Source of the DNA: Candidatus Omnitrophota bacterium
Lineage (GTDB): Bacteria; Omnitrophota; Gorgyraeia; 2-02-FULL-51-18
DNA: 64,000 nucleotides
Direction: 5' to 3'
Assembly (NCBI GenBank): GCA_945877765.1
Contig: CAMDWQ010000010.1
Coordinates: 5,679-69,678 of the forward strand
Position numbers and translations under genes: made by a program. The stretch's first letter is position 1; each line of letters opens with the position of its first letter. Below are positions 41,901 to 51,681 of the stretch, in pieces. Under the pieces are notes generated by a model that was not told the origin of the DNA, made no database searches, and saw nothing but the letters and a program-made list of their open reading frames with translations.

Positions 41901-44900
41901 TCTTAAAGACGCCTCTGGTACGCGGATTTATAATCCTGCTTTTGGAAAATCGTCCGAGCTTGTGGATGATGATTTGGTGAATCAGGACGGGGGAGAAGTC
42001 GATTTGGGACGCGCACTTCCTGCGATGGACCTATTGAGTTATTTCAAGGCGATCGAAAATACGACTACCCATTTGCCGGAAAGTCATGTGGGTATCAATG
42101 ACCCGCTGACTATTTCTTATACCTACGATGTGGCGCTGTATCTTTTGGCGGGAGCGTCTAGTGGCGGAGCTATTTTAGATTACATTATCAGTAACCCGGA
42201 AAAAATGATTAATACGACGTACGTCCCATCTGGCGGCATGTATAGCGATCTATCGACGTTGGGCGGTCAGGCGGGATTTGATCGAAACAGTGTGGTGGCG
42301 GGACCCAACGCGTGGATTGGTTTGGCTGCCTTGAAGCAATATCAAAAAACACAGGACGTAAAATATCTCAATTTTGCCAAAGCCCGAGCGGCCTTCATCA
42401 AGACGCTCTCGGATCCGTCAGGCGGTATCGTCATGGGGCCTGCAGGTCAATGGGGGATTCCCCCCTTCTCAGATCTTAAGTCCACGGAAAATAATCTATC
42501 CGCCCTCTATTTATACCAAGCGCTCTATACAGCGACCAATGACGCGCAATATCTTGCCGCGGCGGATAGTCTCTGGGCCTACGTAAAGACTCTTTATGAC
42601 CCGACCTTACACGCTTTTAGCCGCGGGGAACACAAGGGCGGCGGGGAGTGGCTTAAAGACAGTGCCAATGTTTTTGCCACGGACGTTTTGGCGTGGATGC
42701 CGTTTGAGCGCGTGGTGAATGATTCATTTTTTGGAGCGGATGTATTAGCCCGGCTAAAAGAAGTCGAGAATATGATTCGTGCCGCGGAGAAATACACGGG
42801 TCTTTTTACTCCGGTCGGTGATATTCAGGGTTTTAGTTATTCACCTGAGAGTAAAGATCGCAGTGTGATTTCCATTGAGTGGTCTGCTCAGATGGCCAAT
42901 CTTTATCTAAAAATTGCCCGCAGTTATAAGCAACTAGGAAATGACGTCAAATACCGTTTTTATGGATCTCGCTATCAAAAGTTGACCGCCTCGCTTGAGA
43001 CATTCGTCAAGACAGATGCTTCGGGTGTGAGTAGGGCTCCTTATGCTGTGTATCAAAATGGAAAAGGCGCTTACGGCGAGTTTACAGGGCATGGTTGGGC
43101 AACCCCTTCTCCCAAAAATCAAAATGGGGATGTTTTTAGCATGGCGAGTATCTATTATCAATTTTCACGTCAAAAAACAGATCCCTTGACCCTCGCCAAT
43201 GGATCCATCCTCTCGGCTAATTACATCAGCCAGGCCGATATTGATAAATATTCGGGCACGAGTTTACGCGATCAAAAATATTTTGACGCCGTGACCTCGC
43301 TTGAGCGCTATGAAAATGAAAAGTTTACGGCGGTATATTCCAAGGGCACTCTACGGAGTATCCAATATGAGAATATTTTGATCAACAATCCTGTGATTGA
43401 TGCCCGTGGATTTTTGGTGTCGGCAGAAATTCACACCCCTGATGGCCAGGTGTACACACTCAAAGATAGAAAATTGGCAACCCTCCTAAGGGCTAATGGG
43501 ACGCTTTTGGGTTATGAAGGAGACCTTATCGTGGATGTAACAGCGCCCAATGGAAAAAAAGTCCATTACACGTACACCAAAAATGCCCAAGGGTATGTGA
43601 CCGGCATCGCTGTGGAATACAACACCGGAAATGGGTGGATCGGTAAACCGATAGCGGAGTACTTATTTGATCCTGCCAACACCGAAGAAAAACCGATTCA
43701 TCAAACGAATTATCACTTGGCCGGTGATGACTACCGACAAGGTTCTGTTGGATCCTCAACAATTGGTAGCGGAGAATCGGAGTGGTTTGGTTCGGCGCAG
43801 GGACTGGACCCATTAGATCCCGAGGCCCGTCTTGTTTTTGATTCCAGCACGCTGGAGGGGACCGGTGACAGGAATTTTATAGATATTCAAGCGTATCGCT
43901 ACGATCTTGAATGGCCGGACAATATGCTTTCCGTCCAAAATGACAGTTTTGTATTTTTGAGAGCAAAAGAAACAAATTCTTCTACCGATGTTCATTTATC
44001 TCCCTATTGGATGACCGCGTCAGGATTATTGCTTTGGGTGCCGCTTCAAAATGGGTTTGATATCCCTCTCACTGATCAATATCAAAATCATCTGATTTCA
44101 ATCCAACCGGATGCGCTGGTTGTGGGTAGAAAAACATTTAACCTCCGCCTGGTTTTCGCGACGCCCATGCCCGCAGCCGCCCCATGGAAAATTTCTATCG
44201 CGGAGATGGATTATTTTCAATTAAAGCACATTGAGCCCGAGGATTACTTGCAGTACTTAAATCTTTCCCAAGAGCAGATGCTGGACGTTTCTAGGAAACC
44301 TTTAAAAAATGACGCCATGGATCTCCTTGAAGGGTCTCAGATCGTATCCAATTTTAATCATCAAAAGGAAGCCGAAAAGTTTTTGATCGCCATGGATCTT
44401 GACGCCAACTACAACTATTTATCCGGGACACGTGTGGATAAAAGTGTGGAGCGATATGCGGGCGGTAAGGTGGCAAGCCTGCTCAAGAATGGCTCTGAAG
44501 AGACCTACGAGTACGATGTCAACGGGCAGATCCAAAAAGTCATCAATAAAGACGCCGCGACTCAAGCGGTAAAGACAGTCACGTATTATCAATACGGACG
44601 CATCCGGCGGGTCGAGGACGCATCTGCGAAAGCGCTTTATACCTACAGCTACCAGACGGATTCTGCCAACAATGAAATTACACTCGTCAAAGATGAGGCA
44701 ACGGGGGAGCTAAAGCATTATCAAGGTAGTCGGCTCACGCAGATGGACAATGCCGACGGCACGCGAACGCTTTATTTTTATGAAAATACGGATGAGAGGA
44801 TTTCTCGCTCGCAGATCATGAGCGGTCAGAGTATCCTTGCAAAGTTTTCCTATTCCTATGAGGGCGCCAACACGCTTGTTACTGACGCTGATGGCGCCAC

Positions 44901-47900
44901 GAAAGTCTATGACGCCAACAACCTGCTTCTATCGATCATCACTCAAGGAGGTTTGGAATACCGGTTTAATCATTTAAAAGATGAGGCGGGCAATGCCGTG
45001 GAGGAGCAATTTTTGTATTCGGCCAAAACTGAGGATGGAATGACGCTCTTTTATAAAAATGACACCGTGGACAAAATTCAGCTAAAAGACGGGACCGTGA
45101 TTAATGTTTCCGAGGCGGATCAGGATTTGTATCAAAAAGTACTGATTAAGCAAGGCCTCGTGGACCAGGTGATTCATAAGACCGGGGAGCTTGCCGTTTA
45201 TATCCGTAATAATCGCGGGGATTTGAAAGAAGTCCGTGTCAGTAAAGCTGGGCAGGAGTACCGCTACACGCCCGATGGCCGTCTCGTAAGCCGCACAGAT
45301 GTTGGCGGCGTCACTTATCATTATGGATATATTTTGGATGGGGCTGGAAATATATCCAAGACGCGCGTGGTAAAGCGTACGGCAAAATTAATTGGGGGCG
45401 ATCTGCCAACAGTGGATCCGAATACCGGTGATTTTCTGAGACTGAGTGTTTTGTCTGCCGGGATTGTGGATGGGTGGAACGCAGGTCTATTTGCCAATGA
45501 CGAAGGTGTGGGGCATTTTGATACCAATTTCTGGCGGAATTCGTCGGATCAATGGACAGGCCGTGGGTATGACGTCGCCGTTGTCGATGCCAAAGGCAAA
45601 CTTATTAAGTCCGATCTTTTCGATATCTGGCAGCTTGGGGGCTCAGAAGCCGACCGGATGGCACAGTTTATTGAGCAAGTCCCTGTGGGAAATTATGTCC
45701 TCATGGCGGTCGGTGATGAAGGCGCTCTCAACATGACCGAGCGCGCTTACAAAGCCCTTGAGTCGCTGGGAAGCGCTCAGATACGAAATCTAAAGTTCAG
45801 GGGATCGTGGGGTCTTATTGGTAGAAAAGGTGCCGCTATTGGCACAGCCATCGAAGGTCTCCGAGATAGCCAAAAAGGCTACGTCTCTTTGCAAAATTAT
45901 GATACCGAGTATAGCTATTTTGATAAAAAGGGTGTTCCGATACCCTACGACCAATTCACCGCCGTTATTTCTCAAAATTGGAACAGTAGCTACCAGAGTT
46001 ATGTGGGGGATGCGGGGGAAATTCTTAAGACATCGGTCTATAGTGATGAATATGCTATCGCCTATCACAAAAATTATAATGAGCTCTATCCTGACTCCGG
46101 TTTTATTCAACTTTGGAATGACCGTTACCTTAATCAATTTACAGTCAATGAGTATGCCCAGGGAATCATAGATAAGGTTTCAACTACGGCTACCGCCAAA
46201 TATGTCTATTACGATAGCCGCTACCCGTTTAATTATGTCCACCCGCTTTTTGCAGTCGCTCTAAAAAATATTCTGGCGGCCAATGGCTTTCGGGTGATTG
46301 ATGCCAACCAGCTTGCGGAAGTCATGAAATTAGAAGGTTCTCACGCGGTGATTGTCTCGGCGCACGATGTGATGCCGGATACCATCTATGACCCCAATTC
46401 TATTTTTTCTATTTCTTATCGAAAGCTTTCGCGTACTTTTATGGAGAATGGCGGCACGCTCGTGTGGATGGGGGATCTGCCTTTTTATTACACGGGACAC
46501 GCGGACGGCAGTAAGACCATTGTCGGTGAGATCGGAGCGAAGACAGTTTTGGGGGTGATGCCTCTGGCGCGCGGCCTTCGTGCTCCGGTGAGTAGGACCT
46601 ATGTGCAAACTTTTGATGAATGGACGTTTATTAGCGGATGGATTCACGGAAATGGCGCGACGATTCAAAACGGGACTCTCCGACTGACTTCCCAATTGCC
46701 ATCAATAGTAGGCTCGGCAAGCGACCAAAACTTCAAGCCATCAACCGGGCTTTTGCGGTATACGGTTGATTTTAAAAATAATACGCTCAACTCAGGCTTT
46801 GAAACTTATCTAGAATTTCAAAATTTTACCCCTTATCAGACTCTGGGGATTCGCCAGGAAAACGGTGTGTTTAAATTTATAGGAAAGACTCCAGTGACCG
46901 GCGGATCGTCAGTGATTACCAATTTGGGCCAAGCTGCTTATGTTGCCGGCGTGGAATACACAGTGATTTTTGAAACCGAAAACAATGTCCTTAAAGTATT
47001 TTTATATCAAAAAAATCAGCCACAGCCCGAGGTGCCTACATTTTCAATCGCTAATGTGGACCCAAGCGTTGGGGCGAGTATTGGATTTAATATTCAGCAG
47101 GGTGAGGCGTTGGTCACAAGTCTTAAAAGAGATGAGAGGGAATACGAGATTATTTCTACGCAAGCGCCAAGCATTACTCCCGATTTTAGTTTGAAGGGCG
47201 GCGAGGCGGCGTTGGATACCTCCTTGCTTTATTTCGATACCAATGTCAATTTCCGGACGGTGCGTTGGGACAAGATTCAGGAATCGATTGGCTATTCGCT
47301 TGATAGCGATACGGCCGTGGTGTCCGATTACGATAAAAATGGTGATCTTATTTCCATTGCCAAGGCGGATCGCACGGTGACCACGTATGAAAACCAAAAA
47401 GTGCAGTTGGTGACGGACATCAACGGGTATGTTCTTGTGGAGTACGCTTACGATGCACAGGGTGCTTTGACTTCCATTACCAATGTCGGCCAAAGAAGAG
47501 AGCTCGCCGATCACATTGAGGACGCCAAAGACCGGGCCAATTTTGAGAAGCTATTTCTTTTTGAAGATGTTGCCATTGAGCATAATCTTACCGCTGGAGA
47601 GCCCATTGCTAAAAGTGCTCGCATCAGGTCGTTGGCGCACAGCGCCAATGTTCTCGACGGCGGACCTGAACCAGGAAGGTCATCGATGGGCATTGTTGCC
47701 GATGAGCTCATCAGTGAGCACGCAGAAAAATATCGCCAAGAGAATCCAAAGACGCTCGAGGGGGAAGTAGGAACAGACCCTTTCTGGATACAGGTTGCCG
47801 ATGGGTACTTGGCATACTCCAGCGCGAGACTGGAAGCGCTAAAAGTTTTACGTAGTACTCAAGATATCAAAGCCAAGAGCAGGGACGCCAAGAAAGAAAA

Positions 47901-50900
47901 GTCCAAGGCTCTTGACCGGGTGCGGGACATTATCCGAGATATCGACAACAGGGAAAATGAATATCACCAGACGGTGCTTCAAGCGATTTTCAATTTCAGC
48001 GCCGCTGTGCTCCAGCAGAAAAAAAATGAAATTGAGGCCGATTATCAAAAGGCATTTGATGCGCTCGCAGTGCAGACGAGCAATTTTGAAAAAGAAATCC
48101 AGAAAGAAGAGTCCAAGCCCGTCATCTCCGATTATTACCGCTCTATCTTAGGTCGCGATGCCACCAGCGCTGAGATTGAATCCTATTATCCGCAAATTGC
48201 ACAAAATGGAAAAATCAACGCCGCGGCTTTGGGCGTCAACTTGCGAAATTCAGCTGAGTTTATCCAAAGAACCAGTCGCGTTGGTAAGATTCGCGGGGAT
48301 GTCGAAGCGGCGCTGGATGAATATGTTTCTGCAGACACAGGCAAAAAAGCTACCCTTCTTGCCTCGCTAGGTCTTACTCCCTCCGAAGTCGTTAACCTCT
48401 CCGCGCAAGACATTCAAAAAATAAAAGATTACCTTCGTTCTCAAGCCCTGCATTTTGGCGAATCCGCTATCGAATCTTTGATGGCGCTGATCAAGTCCAG
48501 GGGGATTTCTCCCAACCGCGACGAATTGGCCGCCAAGCTCATTCTCATTGATATCTTCGCGGGCATCATTCACCCCTATTTGAAAGAAGGGGAGGAAATG
48601 CTCCTGTCGGCTTATTCGCTTCAGAAAGTCGCCGCTTTTTACGGGGTGGAAGCACAGACACTAAATCTTACCTATGAAGACATGCTCGCCATTTTTTCTG
48701 CAGGAACATCCTCTGCACGAGCGATTTTACACACAGAAGGTATTCATTATTCGGTGCTTACCGCGATCACCGCTGACCAAGTGACTATCCTTGAATACAA
48801 CGGTGATTCCCGCACCATGTCCAAGGCCGATTTTCTAAAATCGTGGAAGGGGGTAGCCCTTGTTGAAAAATCTACCGCCGCCCCCGTTCTCACCGGCCCC
48901 CAGAAATCAGCCACCGCACGTGTATTAAATTCAGATGAAGCCCGACAGATCAAGGGTGGATTCTTTATGTTTATCCCTTTTATCTTCACGATGCTTGCGC
49001 ATATAGCCGCGACCATCGGCGCCATCATTGCTAGCATCGGTACGATTATTGCCCAGATTGGCATCATGGTCGGCCAGATCCTACAGGGTTTGGGCGGCCT
49101 TCTATACCAGTTCGCCCAAGGCGTCGGCGCCGTTGTCAAAGGTCTCTGGACCGGCATCAAATTTGTCGGCATGAAAATTTTCACAGGCTTCGCCAAATTT
49201 TTCGGCCCGACCCTCGCCAAAGCCGCCGCCGGTGAGGCACTAAAGGTTACTGTTGGCCAGACCATTCTCAACAATGTCATCCGAATGGGTGTTAGCTACG
49301 TCGTCTCCAAAGGCCTCGACGCGCTGGGCGTGGACCCTATTGTCACGAGCATCATCTCAACGTTTGTGACAGGCGGGATGCACGGAGGATTTACCTCGCA
49401 AGGCTTCAATTTCGGCTTCAGCCTAGCCGACGGCCTCAAAGCAGGTCTCCAGTTAGGCGCCAAAACATTCCTCCAAGCCGCCGGGCTTGACCCCCAGCTT
49501 TCGGGAATCTTATCGATGACGACAGGCCCCTTGGTGAATGGGGTGTGGACGGGGAATGTGGGGGGAGAGTTATTTAAGATTGCGCCGGAGCTTACAACCA
49601 GCTTAGCTCAATACGGGATAGACAAACTCGGAAAATCGCTGGGGTTGGATCCGAGGCTGACAGGATTGATTTCAGCGCCAATCTCATTGGCGATAGGGAA
49701 AAATTTCCAGACTGGGAATATCTTCGGCCAAGATGTCATTAAGGCCGTCCAAGATGGCATTTTCCGAGGAGCTATCGCGTACGGCGTCGACTTTGCCGCC
49801 AATAGAATTACCGACAACAAGCTTCTTCAAGCCTTAAGCTCACGGCTTATCTCTGGAGCCATTGAAGGAACATTCCTTCAAAAAGATCTCTTTGCGGGAG
49901 TCGTTGGCGCCCTAAAGCAATCCGTTGTCGGCATTTTTGGAGCTAACCAAAGCGATGTTCTCGGCAATATTGTAAACTTCTCAACATTGGTGGCACAAAA
50001 TGGTTTTAAGAACGCCGCAGAGCTCTATTTGACCAATATCTTCAACAAACAGAGTATTGAAGCCATCTATCGCTTGGGCGGTATCGCAAGCGCTCTAGCG
50101 TCTCCTAAAACTCAAGTCACTCTCCCCGACGGAAGAGTTGCCTATCAGACAGTCACCTCCTCGGGAGAAGCGATAATCTTTGACGCCATGAACAACCTGC
50201 TCGGCTTTCAGAGAAACGGTCTTTATCAGATAGGAGGGTTTGGTATCACCAGCGCCGGATCCTTTGGGCTTATCAGTGGAAAATCTTTTGGAATGATCGC
50301 CGGCGGCTCATCATTTGAAGCCTCCATCCAAAATGGAAAAGTGACACAAATCACAACCTACACCGACCAAGTCCGCCTGGATATAGATTTGGGTGAAGGA
50401 ACGGATGGCATTCGTTTTGATTCCGACGGAAACCTGACCGATGGAAGGATGACGTTGGATGAGAGGATAGATTTTACGGTAGTCAATGGCACTGTTTACG
50501 GGATTGAGCTAGATAAAGAAAATCCAAATACAACCTCCGTTAACGATGCGTATGCGTTTGCTGAGCGTATTATTAGTGCTGTGCTGGATGGCTCGGGGAG
50601 TTCGAGTTCTGGGTCTAGCGTGATTGACCAATTGCAAAAAGAGCTCATCACTTACTATCTATTTGGTAATGGATTTGAGAATGAAAGAAGGAAAGAAGAT
50701 ACCCTTGATCCGCTTTTGAAGTTTTATACAGATAATCTGGAATTCGATGATCCTAAAGTGATTACTGAGGGTCAAAAAATTGTGGTGGATCTCTATGAAT
50801 TTACCAAAGTCGCCGGAAACGGTTTGGATTGGCTAGGGGATTTCAATCCCGTATTTTTAGTTTTGTTGTTAGGCGTGTTAGGCCTGACCTACGTCGCCGC

Positions 50901-51681
50901 CGATAGAATCATCCAAAAGGTGATCAACAACGAATCTCTGGATTCATCCGCCTCGGACGGAGAAAAATCTTTTTATCAAAAAGTACAAGATTACCTAAGA
51001 AAATTTAGCGAACAGACAGGTCTTGGCAATAATCTCGTACTTGAAACCATCAGACAAATGGAAGCATTGCAAGCCAAAAAAGGAAAGCTAAAAGATGCTA
51101 TCGCATTCGTTCACTCAGGGGCCACAGCCCCCGTTTTAAGTGCCATCGAGCAAATGCAATATGATGTAGAAACAGTGCTTATCTATGAAGGGCCCCACCC
51201 AAACTACACCGCACAATTTACAAATCCAAGCTTAAAGCGTATTATTCATGTCATGGGGTCGAGCCACGGCCTATTAGACAGCTCGCTCGAGGGAGACGCG
51301 CCTGTGCCGTTTTTGGGATGGGCAAACTTTAAAAACCCAGCCAACGTTGATTTTAAAAACATCAATATTGAAATTGAGGGTGCCTGGCACAGCGATTATG
51401 CCTATAACGCAGAGGAATGGGATAAAAAAATCGCTGCTGTTACAGGAAGCACCCCAACCGCGGTTGAGGCTGATCGAAATCGCATCAGAGCACTAAAGGA
51501 AAGAAATAGAAAAGTGAATTTATTCATGAGGGATTTGTATCAGGCGGCCTACAAAGATCAGACAAATCAAGGGCTCTTGGACGATTTTTTTGAAGATCTA
51601 AAAACAAAAGGCGCAGCCAATCTAGAGAGTGGCATCTGGAAAATTGATCCCACAAAATTAAGAGATGTGACCCCCCAATGA
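38962..51681 (+). CDS. 4239-aa secreted multidomain protein, putative polymorphic toxin
   Basis: Uninterrupted ORF with RBS and Sec-type signal; YD-like repeats, 84-aa repeats, glycosidase-like barrel, ILEI, C39-like domain, GG motif, hydrophobic region, alpha/beta-hydrolase-like tip. Confidence 0.85.
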   Translation: MRRSPYLKIISLALIISFSFSNLLYAADPRDLLNAAKAGFALEDQRRTGGEAPLNNQSQGYAQGLVDQKNNLADLEQLNFSLTTQNGDILKYAGDKLAQIQRPDGTILQNIVLAADGKIQNADLKLFDGSIQVFQNGQVIGYETPDGTQVFYANSQIQKTISKSGVETLYAYTKDANGKVLETILENSQAKTIYDAQGKLKEVYQKGLSQRMVYQAGILQSITLQDGSQALFQAQTINSQVKVTFKSYVDANGNTYVNDMQYLLKDGSSLKNIIWGSDGKVVNALLESIDGSTYTFTNKVITAIRLPSNWVLSSITWDTQDKLKDGILTDLANNQWTYQAGALVSIKLLDGSILSSITWDAQNKIKTANLIDAQKKEYTFANNQLSQPLNAIAFQLDTQYGLVAGNSTYQFNWAGKNEKWFKANNNTWYFILPDGKVYLWNSVAGKNLTTSTLVVTLNSSYWEDPAFLCDASDRAIVLQLDTQYSLVPGSSTYQFNWAGQNEKWFKANNNTWYYILPTGQLYLWDAKGGKNLTTSTLAATLNSHFWEDPTKVHLAFERAALESTALNLDRQYALIPSSSNYFLNWAGQQEKWFKSSSGTAQYFILSDGSLYLWNQPAGKNLATSTKLATLSADYWANPTLLCRAYDRTVAVVVTSAYTAKIIGITKPQISVSKRTLSASKLNIATLSAAFSFNSILYNTDGSFAQILEKDNTTLNFKNNLLVDAKDAQGKIIHFDFTESAFGNLLGSSLTQSGATSTYDEQGNLSSVKVGDTTIHYSAENKIESVEKADGTRVENIIFDAQGNIHDAKMTAPDGTQRTYQAKKMIREKKADGTETDFVDGKPSVTRMADGRVYVYSPAAIIGNSAAFRSILTQYVSDDGSAVYVNDGIPFKIQTKSGMVLTNLVFALDGTLTDAIGSFTGPDENQMTLTYQGKEVRQIISADGSRLFYENNRLKSMTKPNGEQIIYEYTLDGDGEILKIILKDASGTRIYNPAFGKSSELVDDDLVNQDGGEVDLGRALPAMDLLSYFKAIENTTTHLPESHVGINDPLTISYTYDVALYLLAGASSGGAILDYIISNPEKMINTTYVPSGGMYSDLSTLGGQAGFDRNSVVAGPNAWIGLAALKQYQKTQDVKYLNFAKARAAFIKTLSDPSGGIVMGPAGQWGIPPFSDLKSTENNLSALYLYQALYTATNDAQYLAAADSLWAYVKTLYDPTLHAFSRGEHKGGGEWLKDSANVFATDVLAWMPFERVVNDSFFGADVLARLKEVENMIRAAEKYTGLFTPVGDIQGFSYSPESKDRSVISIEWSAQMANLYLKIARSYKQLGNDVKYRFYGSRYQKLTASLETFVKTDASGVSRAPYAVYQNGKGAYGEFTGHGWATPSPKNQNGDVFSMASIYYQFSRQKTDPLTLANGSILSANYISQADIDKYSGTSLRDQKYFDAVTSLERYENEKFTAVYSKGTLRSIQYENILINNPVIDARGFLVSAEIHTPDGQVYTLKDRKLATLLRANGTLLGYEGDLIVDVTAPNGKKVHYTYTKNAQGYVTGIAVEYNTGNGWIGKPIAEYLFDPANTEEKPIHQTNYHLAGDDYRQGSVGSSTIGSGESEWFGSAQGLDPLDPEARLVFDSSTLEGTGDRNFIDIQAYRYDLEWPDNMLSVQNDSFVFLRAKETNSSTDVHLSPYWMTASGLLLWVPLQNGFDIPLTDQYQNHLISIQPDALVVGRKTFNLRLVFATPMPAAAPWKISIAEMDYFQLKHIEPEDYLQYLNLSQEQMLDVSRKPLKNDAMDLLEGSQIVSNFNHQKEAEKFLIAMDLDANYNYLSGTRVDKSVERYAGGKVASLLKNGSEETYEYDVNGQIQKVINKDAATQAVKTVTYYQYGRIRRVEDASAKALYTYSYQTDSANNEITLVKDEATGELKHYQGSRLTQMDNADGTRTLYFYENTDERISRSQIMSGQSILAKFSYSYEGANTLVTDADGATKVYDANNLLLSIITQGGLEYRFNHLKDEAGNAVEEQFLYSAKTEDGMTLFYKNDTVDKIQLKDGTVINVSEADQDLYQKVLIKQGLVDQVIHKTGELAVYIRNNRGDLKEVRVSKAGQEYRYTPDGRLVSRTDVGGVTYHYGYILDGAGNISKTRVVKRTAKLIGGDLPTVDPNTGDFLRLSVLSAGIVDGWNAGLFANDEGVGHFDTNFWRNSSDQWTGRGYDVAVVDAKGKLIKSDLFDIWQLGGSEADRMAQFIEQVPVGNYVLMAVGDEGALNMTERAYKALESLGSAQIRNLKFRGSWGLIGRKGAAIGTAIEGLRDSQKGYVSLQNYDTEYSYFDKKGVPIPYDQFTAVISQNWNSSYQSYVGDAGEILKTSVYSDEYAIAYHKNYNELYPDSGFIQLWNDRYLNQFTVNEYAQGIIDKVSTTATAKYVYYDSRYPFNYVHPLFAVALKNILAANGFRVIDANQLAEVMKLEGSHAVIVSAHDVMPDTIYDPNSIFSISYRKLSRTFMENGGTLVWMGDLPFYYTGHADGSKTIVGEIGAKTVLGVMPLARGLRAPVSRTYVQTFDEWTFISGWIHGNGATIQNGTLRLTSQLPSIVGSASDQNFKPSTGLLRYTVDFKNNTLNSGFETYLEFQNFTPYQTLGIRQENGVFKFIGKTPVTGGSSVITNLGQAAYVAGVEYTVIFETENNVLKVFLYQKNQPQPEVPTFSIANVDPSVGASIGFNIQQGEALVTSLKRDEREYEIISTQAPSITPDFSLKGGEAALDTSLLYFDTNVNFRTVRWDKIQESIGYSLDSDTAVVSDYDKNGDLISIAKADRTVTTYENQKVQLVTDINGYVLVEYAYDAQGALTSITNVGQRRELADHIEDAKDRANFEKLFLFEDVAIEHNLTAGEPIAKSARIRSLAHSANVLDGGPEPGRSSMGIVADELISEHAEKYRQENPKTLEGEVGTDPFWIQVADGYLAYSSARLEALKVLRSTQDIKAKSRDAKKEKSKALDRVRDIIRDIDNRENEYHQTVLQAIFNFSAAVLQQKKNEIEADYQKAFDALAVQTSNFEKEIQKEESKPVISDYYRSILGRDATSAEIESYYPQIAQNGKINAAALGVNLRNSAEFIQRTSRVGKIRGDVEAALDEYVSADTGKKATLLASLGLTPSEVVNLSAQDIQKIKDYLRSQALHFGESAIESLMALIKSRGISPNRDELAAKLILIDIFAGIIHPYLKEGEEMLLSAYSLQKVAAFYGVEAQTLNLTYEDMLAIFSAGTSSARAILHTEGIHYSVLTAITADQVTILEYNGDSRTMSKADFLKSWKGVALVEKSTAAPVLTGPQKSATARVLNSDEARQIKGGFFMFIPFIFTMLAHIAATIGAIIASIGTIIAQIGIMVGQILQGLGGLLYQFAQGVGAVVKGLWTGIKFVGMKIFTGFAKFFGPTLAKAAAGEALKVTVGQTILNNVIRMGVSYVVSKGLDALGVDPIVTSIISTFVTGGMHGGFTSQGFNFGFSLADGLKAGLQLGAKTFLQAAGLDPQLSGILSMTTGPLVNGVWTGNVGGELFKIAPELTTSLAQYGIDKLGKSLGLDPRLTGLISAPISLAIGKNFQTGNIFGQDVIKAVQDGIFRGAIAYGVDFAANRITDNKLLQALSSRLISGAIEGTFLQKDLFAGVVGALKQSVVGIFGANQSDVLGNIVNFSTLVAQNGFKNAAELYLTNIFNKQSIEAIYRLGGIASALASPKTQVTLPDGRVAYQTVTSSGEAIIFDAMNNLLGFQRNGLYQIGGFGITSAGSFGLISGKSFGMIAGGSSFEASIQNGKVTQITTYTDQVRLDIDLGEGTDGIRFDSDGNLTDGRMTLDERIDFTVVNGTVYGIELDKENPNTTSVNDAYAFAERIISAVLDGSGSSSSGSSVIDQLQKELITYYLFGNGFENERRKEDTLDPLLKFYTDNLEFDDPKVITEGQKIVVDLYEFTKVAGNGLDWLGDFNPVFLVLLLGVLGLTYVAADRIIQKVINNESLDSSASDGEKSFYQKVQDYLRKFSEQTGLGNNLVLETIRQMEALQAKKGKLKDAIAFVHSGATAPVLSAIEQMQYDVETVLIYEGPHPNYTAQFTNPSLKRIIHVMGSSHGLLDSSLEGDAPVPFLGWANFKNPANVDFKNINIEIEGAWHSDYAYNAEEWDKKIAAVTGSTPTAVEADRNRIRALKERNRKVNLFMRDLYQAAYKDQTNQGLLDDFFEDLKTKGAANLESGIWKIDPTKLRDVTPQ
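40132..40902 (+). repeat. Three tandem ~84-aa Trp-rich repeats within the giant ORF
   Basis: LDxQYxL...NWAGxxEKWFK...Y.IL..G..YLW...GKNL.TST...L...W..P three times; 252-nt period. Confidence 0.92.

Noticed and set aside
38962-51681. Calling the giant protein a canonical RHS or CdiA toxin
   Set aside because: YD-like repeats are present, but I saw no RHS core terminus (PxxxxDPxG), TPS domain, VENN motif or adjacent CdiB.
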